A DNA stretch of 64,000 nt from a virus, in IMG/VR virus record IMGVR_UViG_3300029957_000008, positions 27,977-91,976 of that record. The stretch is one strand, 5' to 3'. Shown here piece by piece: positions 47,229-53,931 of this stretch. A program made the position numbers and the translations under genes. The notes under the pieces were generated by a model. It was not told the DNA's origin, ran no database searches, and was given only the letters and a program-made list of their open reading frames with translations. Every line of letters begins with the position of its first letter. Positions within the stretch are counted from its first letter, which is position 1.

Positions 47229-47420
47229 TTAATCAGCACAGTAAGTAATTGCTGTGCCGTCATCAAGGACGTCGACATACCAATCGTCCTCTCCGAGTTC
47301 TTGAGTGCTGTCAGTGTATGGGCTGCCGTTAACAGCCGTTGCTAGGGTAATGGAGTTTCTTAATTTTAAAATATTAAGAGGGTTTTTCCCAGCCAGGAAC
47401 GTCTTCAATGAGCTTTTCAT
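47229..47420 (-). CDS. microprotein paralogue C
   Basis: TAATG-coupled to the kinase gene; conserved termini. Confidence 0.85.
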   Translation of the reverse strand: MKSSLKTFLAGKNPLNILKLRNSITLATAVNGSPYTDSTQELGEDDWYVDVLDDGTAITYCAD

Positions 47421-47938
47421 TATTTCACCACGTAATGTGTAATGTTTTCGGGTAGTTCGGTTTTGATCAGTCTGTTGTACATTTCGATTACCCTGTCTTG
47501 GGGTACTCCATGGATGTTTCTTGCAGCAGCAACAAATGGATTAGTAAGGAGAGTGACAGCAATTACGTCCAAATCCATTTCCTTGGCCCGGTTGATGTAC
47601 TGCTCCATTTCCTTCATTGTAGTGTTCGTGTTGTCTACGATTATATATAGCGGACGTTTGTCTCCGTGTAAAGAGGTAAAATACTCAAAGTTCTCATAGC
47701 AGGCCGCGTGGGCCTGGCCCAATAGGTGCTTGTTAAAAACGTAGTCTCCCGTTTCCTTTTCTACGAAGTAGTGGTCTGCAGACACAACCTCAAAAGGCGC
47801 ATGAGGAGACCCTAGATACTTCTCTAACAGGTCTACAAAATAACTCTTTCCCGCGCCGGGACAACCCCGAAGGAGAATTACGGCGCGGTGTGGGAGCTTG
47901 AACAGGACTTCTTCGGTTGTGGCTAAAATTGTACTCAT
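47420..47938 (-). CDS. P-loop polynucleotide-kinase-like protein (AAA_33/N4BP2-like)
   Basis: LRGCPGAGKS, SADHYF, IVDNTN and RNIHGVP. Confidence 0.85.
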   Translation of the reverse strand: MSTILATTEEVLFKLPHRAVILLRGCPGAGKSYFVDLLEKYLGSPHAPFEVVSADHYFVEKETGDYVFNKHLLGQAHAACYENFEYFTSLHGDKRPLYIIVDNTNTTMKEMEQYINRAKEMDLDVIAVTLLTNPFVAAARNIHGVPQDRVIEMYNRLIKTELPENITHYVVK

Positions 47939-47955
47939 CTAAATTTGAAACTCCT

Positions 47956-48165
47956 CTAGAAAATTAGAGAAACGCTGTAGGTGATAGCGACTCCGTCATC
48001 CAAAACGTCGGTAAACCAAAGACTTCCCGTTTCTCCTACTCCCGCAGCATTTCCCGTACCCCAAAAATCTACCGCTTCGTCTAGGCTCATTGCGTTCTTC
48101 AGTCTGGCCGTCTTTGGGTTGTAGCGGTTCTTGCCCTTGAGAAACGTCTTTAGTGAACTCTTCAT
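47956..48165 (-). CDS. microprotein paralogue B
   Basis: AAGGA RBS; conserved termini. Confidence 0.85.
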   Translation of the reverse strand: MKSSLKTFLKGKNRYNPKTARLKNAMSLDEAVDFWGTGNAAGVGETGSLWFTDVLDDGVAITYSVSLIF

Positions 48166-48180
48166 GTTAGTCCTTTATTG

Positions 48181-48387
48181 TTATTTATCAGGGCAGTAGG
48201 TAATAGCTGTTCCATCGTCTAGAACATCAAGACATTGGACGATTCCATTAGAAAACCACTGATCCTCAGGTTTGCTCCCTTTGAGCTTAAAATATGGCTG
48301 CTCATTGTTTGGAAGCCAGCCTTTTTTGTAGATAGTACGGAGAAATGGATTCTCCCCCGCCAGAAACGTCTTTAGTGAACTTTTCAT
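48181..48387 (-). CDS. microprotein paralogue A
   Basis: AGGAG RBS; first gene after the promoter; conserved termini. Confidence 0.85.
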   Translation of the reverse strand: MKSSLKTFLAGENPFLRTIYKKGWLPNNEQPYFKLKGSKPEDQWFSNGIVQCLDVLDDGTAITYCPDK

Positions 48388-48407
48388 GAACAACTCCTAT
48401 TCCTTGA

Positions 48408-48436
48408 ATATTAACGTAATTCCTACCCGTTGTCAA
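48408..48436 (-). promoter_or_regulatory. sigma70-type promoter for the microprotein/kinase/phosphoesterase operon
   Basis: TTGACA-N17-TAATAT. Confidence 0.75.
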
Positions 48437-48458
48437 CTATCAAGTCAATCTTTATGGT

Positions 48459-50549
48459 ATGCTTCTGTTCCTGATAGCTAATGGTGACGGTTTAACTAAA
48501 AAACTGAACCAAGCCAAAGTTTTTAATAACGTCGAAGAGATCCGTAGAGTATCAGCAAGTATCTCAAAAGGCAACTCCCTTTTCGCTTCTTGGGCTCTAA
48601 GAGCCCTCGGTTCGACCATTGAAGAACAAGGTGACGAGATTTTAGTAGAATTGGATGCAGCACAGCTCTTAGAGCTGGAGAGCATCCGGAAGCAATACGT
48701 TACAGCCACAGAGTGCACGGTTAGTGTAGGTATTGGTAAGAAAGTATCAGAAGCCACTAGGGCACTCCTAGCAGCCAAGCTAAAGGGTGGAAATTGTTCA
48801 GTTTTTTACGATAAGGACGTTGAGAAAGAAATTCAAGAAGCCGAAGCTTCCGCCAAAGAAGACCGTTCAGAAATCGTACACCAGTACCTAGCCAAAGCCC
48901 AGAAAAACAATGCGGGCGGAGAAGGGGCGCACGTTACTAATATGGACGCTACGTCCCTAAATACGGTTATCTCCCCAGCCGCCCCGTTAACTCAGGCAGA
49001 TACCGACGAAGCTCTTAATAACAACGCCATCCCCGCTACTGGAGACGCCCAGGGTGGCCCAGAAGCTCTACAGCCCCAAGTCACCCCTACCCCTCAGATG
49101 GATCTTCCCCAGTTTGAGCAGAAGTTTAGAGAGCACGCAGACCAACATGAAGCCTCGGAAAAGGCAAAAAACCTAAGCGAATCAGAGGGTTACAACCAAA
49201 TTAAGCAGCAAGTAGCCGAAGCTCTATTAAACATTAAGTCTCAAATGGGAGTTATTTCTTCCCTGAGGACCCAAGCTCCAGACACCTACGAAGCCATCAT
49301 GGGCGTTGTTAGGGGCCTGATTATGCTCGGAAGAGAAATCACCAATACGGACGACAGGATCGAGAAGGCTGAGCTGTCAAAAGGCATCGCTTCGCCGATG
49401 GGTAATTTGAGGGGTGTAGGAACCGAAGCCGACATGGCATCTACCATCGGAATCGTTGGCTCAGATGCCCTAGACAAGACTTCCCTAGACCCTACAGACT
49501 TTGACCAAGAGCAGCTAGCCATTGGAATCCAGGTCGAGATCCAGGAACACGGTCTAGACGTAGAGGAAGCCAAGAAGCTGGTCATGGATCACCTGAAAGA
49601 GGATCCCGACTACTACAAGAAGGAAACCTTAGCTAAGACGGAATTTTTTTTTGACAGCGGCAACGAGATAAAGAAGCTGCAGTACGATGGTCCGGCCAAT
49701 ATGGCCGGAAATAATCAAAAGCACCTGTTTGTCAACCCAGTAGATAAGACAAGCTATGTCTATAGGGAGCTTGAATCCCCCCAGCAGGCTTTAGCGGCCG
49801 AATCGGCCAGTAGACTAGCCGAAGCTATCCTGCCCGTCCACTCCAACTATCCCGTCAGAGCACATAACCTAGTGGGCCATGTGGGTATTATGCAGCCAGT
49901 GGTCCAAGGCGCCCATGACTTACAGAACGTAAGCCCTCAAGAGCTAACCGTTACGGAACTAAACGACCTTCTGGGAGAGTTCGTTGTTGACTTTCTCATT
50001 GGTAACGCCTCCACGACCGGAAGAGACCTTTTAAGGACGGTTTCCGGCGATGTGGTTGGAATTGATAAGAAGGACTCCTACAAAGACTTTGATACTGTTG
50101 GGCCATACTACCAGGCGCTTCTAGAGTCCGTAAAGGGCGGAAGTCTGAAAGTGGATGTTGCCGCCCTAAACGGGGTGCTTCAAGTCGTCCAAGGAATCTC
50201 AGAAGACGAGTATCTAGACAATGTAGGTGAGTTTGCCCAGTCAGCCATGCCTCCAGATGGACACATTGAGTTCTGCAAGCAACTGCTAGCGCGCAAGAGG
50301 AACATCTCTTCTCTCTTCATGGACATGTTTAAGAACTCCTTGCAGAAGGGCGAGCGTCCAGAGTTTGGTAAGATGAGAGCCCACATTGACCTACCCGTTG
50401 GCAGCACTGTCTTTGGTAAGGTTAAAGTGAGGCACTGGGACGGTTTAGAAAGTTGGAAGTCAGTCAAGGCCGGCGCAATCCAAGGAATGGATCCTGGTAT
50501 GGCCGGTGAAGGACATCCCGTTTCGGCCAAGAACCCATCGGCTAAATAA
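48459..50549 (+). CDS. polyprotein: mCpol-like cyclase domain + helical domain + DUF5661-like + degenerate kinase domain
   Basis: LIANGDG...EEQGDEILV...TVSVGIG...ALLAAKLKG; FDQEQLAIGIQVEIQEH...MDHLKEDPDYY; VVDFLIGNAS...VVGID. Confidence 0.7.
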   Translation: MLLFLIANGDGLTKKLNQAKVFNNVEEIRRVSASISKGNSLFASWALRALGSTIEEQGDEILVELDAAQLLELESIRKQYVTATECTVSVGIGKKVSEATRALLAAKLKGGNCSVFYDKDVEKEIQEAEASAKEDRSEIVHQYLAKAQKNNAGGEGAHVTNMDATSLNTVISPAAPLTQADTDEALNNNAIPATGDAQGGPEALQPQVTPTPQMDLPQFEQKFREHADQHEASEKAKNLSESEGYNQIKQQVAEALLNIKSQMGVISSLRTQAPDTYEAIMGVVRGLIMLGREITNTDDRIEKAELSKGIASPMGNLRGVGTEADMASTIGIVGSDALDKTSLDPTDFDQEQLAIGIQVEIQEHGLDVEEAKKLVMDHLKEDPDYYKKETLAKTEFFFDSGNEIKKLQYDGPANMAGNNQKHLFVNPVDKTSYVYRELESPQQALAAESASRLAEAILPVHSNYPVRAHNLVGHVGIMQPVVQGAHDLQNVSPQELTVTELNDLLGEFVVDFLIGNASTTGRDLLRTVSGDVVGIDKKDSYKDFDTVGPYYQALLESVKGGSLKVDVAALNGVLQVVQGISEDEYLDNVGEFAQSAMPPDGHIEFCKQLLARKRNISSLFMDMFKNSLQKGERPEFGKMRAHIDLPVGSTVFGKVKVRHWDGLESWKSVKAGAIQGMDPGMAGEGHPVSAKNPSAK

Positions 50550-50752
50550 TGGACATTACAAGCTTAAGAAACGAGAGGTGTTGGCTTTTAACAAAGCGCC
50601 GGTTAGAGTTCCTAAATGAAAAGGAGCAAAGCAGGCTTTTAGATATAGAAAAAGATATGGAAGTCCTGCAGTCTGCGGAAGTTGAAGCTGAGGCTAGTAG
50701 GTACCGAGAGTTGATTGATAGGTGTGAGAAAGTTTTAGCCAAGGCTAAGTAA
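50549..50752 (+). CDS. small coiled-coil protein
   Basis: Translationally coupled ORF. Confidence 0.55.
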   Translation: MDITSLRNERCWLLTKRRLEFLNEKEQSRLLDIEKDMEVLQSAEVEAEASRYRELIDRCEKVLAKAK

Positions 50753-50754
50753 AA

Positions 50755-51567
50755 ATGGGGATGTTCAAGTGTGAAGTCGATCTAAGCGACCTAGCTAACC
50801 TAGGCACTGACGTTCAAGCCAAGGTCAAAGTCCTGGCAGAACAGGCTCAGCACGATCTTGGAGCAGCCACCTTTGTTAGGATTAAGCAAATAGCCCACGA
50901 GAAGCTCCACACCCGATATACCATGTTTACGGATAAATTCTCGATTGATGAGAAAGACGGCGAAGTAATTCTCACTCTAGAAGCTTCTGCAGTCTGGATT
51001 GATGAAGGTCTTAAGCCCAACTACCTGCTGGACGCCTTACTAAAGTCCCCCAAGGCGAAAACAGCAGCTGACGGGTCTACCTATGTAGTTGTGCCGTTCA
51101 TTAACAAGCCTGGCATGGGTCCTACAAATACTACCCCATACAACATGGATCTCCTTGAGGCTGTCAAGGGAGAGATGAAGAAAAACAAGCTCCCTTGGGC
51201 CAAAGCACAGCGCGACGCTCAAGGAAGGCCCTTGTGGGGGAAGGTAGCTGAGCTAAGCAACATTAAGACTCCTTTAAAGACCCATGAAGGCCCTGGAATG
51301 GGCCAAGGTGGGATCGGTGATGAACGACAGAGCAGGAACAAGATTCCCTACCTAAAAGGAGCCGCTGTTTATCAGCATGAAGGGCCTGGAGGAAAGATTC
51401 AGCGGTCGGTAATTACCTACAGGACAGCATCTTCCAACCATCCAGAGAACTTCCAACATCCAGGTCTACCGGCCACCAATATCATTGAGGACGGGTATGA
51501 CTGGGCAATGAATGAGCTGGAAACGAGCATTCTGCCTAAGCTGATACAAAAAGTGCTCAATACCTAA
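50755..51567 (+). CDS. neck/tail-completion-like structural protein
   Basis: YVVVPF, ITYRTASS and FQHPG pattern, as in Twort-like neck proteins. Confidence 0.55.
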   Translation: MGMFKCEVDLSDLANLGTDVQAKVKVLAEQAQHDLGAATFVRIKQIAHEKLHTRYTMFTDKFSIDEKDGEVILTLEASAVWIDEGLKPNYLLDALLKSPKAKTAADGSTYVVVPFINKPGMGPTNTTPYNMDLLEAVKGEMKKNKLPWAKAQRDAQGRPLWGKVAELSNIKTPLKTHEGPGMGQGGIGDERQSRNKIPYLKGAAVYQHEGPGGKIQRSVITYRTASSNHPENFQHPGLPATNIIEDGYDWAMNELETSILPKLIQKVLNT

Positions 51568-51582
51568 TCTTTTAGTGGCCAC

Positions 51583-52599
51583 ATGTCGATTGTGAATCCG
51601 GACCTATTAGTCAAACCCTCAGCTACTGGTTGGTCCATCGTCGAGGGCATCTTTCCCGACGACCTTATCATTAAGTCCACCCTGGAGCAAGGCCTGAAGG
51701 AACTCAGGGCTAACCAGTGGGAACTAAAGCTTGTATTCGCTGCCCTGACTATAGACCCTGTCACCCAAAGCCTATATGGCGAAAAAGAATGCCAAAGGGC
51801 CATTGACTGGTTTAACAACACCCAAATCCCAGTCCTGTGGGACCTTAGGGTGGCTGCGGACAAAATCCCCGCTATTTCATACTCGATACAGTCCTGTGAG
51901 CAAACAGAGGAAACCCTTGCGGATGCTCATTATGATATGCAAGAAGACCGTACGGCTGAATGGGAGGCCGTTACGGCCAAGATGCAGCCGGATTATGTTC
52001 CGGTTACTGGATTAGTGACAATTCCTTCGGAGTCAATTCTAGGACCTATTACCGAAGGAATGCACCTGGTTACCAAGACGGGTCAGAAATACCCGATCCT
52101 GGATGTTTCTTCTCTTACTCAGTTCACCATTGCCAAGAACCAGTTGGTTGACCTGAATGATAGCTATGTAATGACCGGAACACCAAGTCTAGTGTCCGGT
52201 ATTGAAGGCGACAGATTTAAGGAGACACTGAAAATCGGATGTCACGTTGTTGGAGATCCAATTACTTTAACCTACTTGCATTCTATTGTCTTCTATATCT
52301 TGCTAAAGTACAGAAAAACGCTGCTAGAAGCCCGTGGATTTGAAAGGTCTACCATTAGCGCTGGGCCTTACATGAGAGACCCCAGCTTTGGTGATGGTGC
52401 AGGCAACTTTTTTACCCGCTACATCAACCTGATCGGGACAGTGACAATGACCTGGGCGGCAACCCAGACCAAGAGAATTCAGACAGTTGCTACTACGGAG
52501 AACGTTTCTCCTGTGAATGGTAGCTCAACCAATTTTATCAGTGAACCGGGGAACGAAGACCCCGCGTGGTTATCTGCAGACATGAACGGCGCTCTGTAG
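51583..52599 (+). CDS. tail terminator/structural protein
   Basis: IPAISYSI, LEARGF and FTRYINL; upstream of the sheath; late motif. Confidence 0.55.
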   Translation: MSIVNPDLLVKPSATGWSIVEGIFPDDLIIKSTLEQGLKELRANQWELKLVFAALTIDPVTQSLYGEKECQRAIDWFNNTQIPVLWDLRVAADKIPAISYSIQSCEQTEETLADAHYDMQEDRTAEWEAVTAKMQPDYVPVTGLVTIPSESILGPITEGMHLVTKTGQKYPILDVSSLTQFTIAKNQLVDLNDSYVMTGTPSLVSGIEGDRFKETLKIGCHVVGDPITLTYLHSIVFYILLKYRKTLLEARGFERSTISAGPYMRDPSFGDGAGNFFTRYINLIGTVTMTWAATQTKRIQTVATTENVSPVNGSSTNFISEPGNEDPAWLSADMNGAL

Positions 52600-52656
52600 G
52601 CGTATACAGTTTTTGTAGCATTGACCACCAAATCTTTAATAAAGGACGCTAGACAC

Positions 52657-53919
52657 ATGGACAAAATTTCCAAGGAAGATCTCCGTAAGGGCATCTTACA
52701 GCTTCTCAAGAAAACCGAAGCTAATATTATTTCTATGCAGGCCCGTGAGGCCAAGGGCATGGCTAAACTAGAGAAGCGTCTGAAGAAAGACGAAGCTCTT
52801 CCCGATCTCAACAAAGACGATATGGCCCTGGCTCCCCAAGGCCAGCCTGAAGCTCCTGTTCCTCCAATGGACAAGGCTCAAGGCGGGATTTGTCTTAGTT
52901 GCACTGGGGCCAATCTAGAGCCAATTGGCTCGCTTGGTGGCCAGGATCATCACATCTGCAAAGACTGTGGTGAAGTAGGCCAGACCATTCGTGAGCAGAA
53001 CGAAGCTGCAGAAGTTGAAGCGGCTCAGGAAGGCCTTGTTAGGTCTGACGATTTTGCCGCAGGTGGCGCTGGTGCCGTTGGTGGTGGCCCGGATTTGAAT
53101 AAAGCCGCCCTCCCCGAGAAAAAGCTGCCCACAGTCAACACCGTAAAGCAAGCTGTCGGTCTTTCAAACAAGCCAAAGATCCCCTCAGTCAAGAAGCCCT
53201 CTATTCCTATGACTGGCGCTACCGCCCCTAAGAAGGACGCTTTCAACACTGGTGGCAAGAACCCTGTTTCGGACTCTTTCGCCAAGAAGGACGTTCCTAT
53301 GTCGGATGTCGATCTGAATGACGGCAAGGCTCGTCCAGGGACCAAGATGCCTGTTGCAGGTAAGAAAATTGATGCTCCCGGCTCTGGTGGAATGGCCAAA
53401 ACAGAACTCCGCAAGGACTTCAAAGCCATGGACCAAAAGGCTGCTTCAGTAAAAGCCTCCGCTCCAGCTCCCGTTGCCGCAGCTCCGGCTCAGAAACCAG
53501 CTCCCCAATCGCCTTACGGCAAGGGACTCAATATGGCCGCTCCCCCACCGAAGCGCGAATACGACCCCGTTGACCCACAGAACCCCTCAGTCCGTTCAGT
53601 CGCCAACAAGAAGCTAGCTACCATTCAAGGTCCAGCAAAGGCTACTTCAGTTGCTACGATTCGTCAGAAGTTCAACTCCGCTGTCAATGACAAGGTCCAG
53701 CAGACCAAGCGTAACTCCTACCACGACATCAAACGGCACTCACAAGGACTTCCCGCCACTCAACCAGCTCCAGTAGCTAAGTCGGAAGGCCTTATCAAAG
53801 CTGGCATCCCAAAAGCTCCTACAGCCCCTAAGGCTCCTGAATCCAAAATGCCCGCTGCGCCAGCGGCTTTGCCTTCAGTGAAAAACCCTAATGTTACTCC
53901 AACCGGCACCAAGCTCTAA
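52657..53919 (+). CDS. Lys/Pro/Ala-rich, probably disordered internal head protein with a Zn ribbon
   Basis: Start at MDKISK (AAGGA RBS, late motif at 52630); many [LM]xK[ASTD] motifs; CLSC...CKDCG. Confidence 0.6.
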   Translation: MDKISKEDLRKGILQLLKKTEANIISMQAREAKGMAKLEKRLKKDEALPDLNKDDMALAPQGQPEAPVPPMDKAQGGICLSCTGANLEPIGSLGGQDHHICKDCGEVGQTIREQNEAAEVEAAQEGLVRSDDFAAGGAGAVGGGPDLNKAALPEKKLPTVNTVKQAVGLSNKPKIPSVKKPSIPMTGATAPKKDAFNTGGKNPVSDSFAKKDVPMSDVDLNDGKARPGTKMPVAGKKIDAPGSGGMAKTELRKDFKAMDQKAASVKASAPAPVAAAPAQKPAPQSPYGKGLNMAAPPPKREYDPVDPQNPSVRSVANKKLATIQGPAKATSVATIRQKFNSAVNDKVQQTKRNSYHDIKRHSQGLPATQPAPVAKSEGLIKAGIPKAPTAPKAPESKMPAAPAALPSVKNPNVTPTGTKL

Positions 53920-53931
53920 GAGGAAAAAATA

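Noticed and set aside
47015-48387. Diversity-generating retroelement or integron cassettes as the source of microprotein variation
   Set aside because: No reverse transcriptase or integrase in the window, differences are not adenine-specific, lengths vary, and I saw no attC-like inverted repeats.
48459-48810. Type III CRISPR Cas10
   Set aside because: Only a ~117-aa palm-like domain; no HD domain, Csm/Cmr genes or array.
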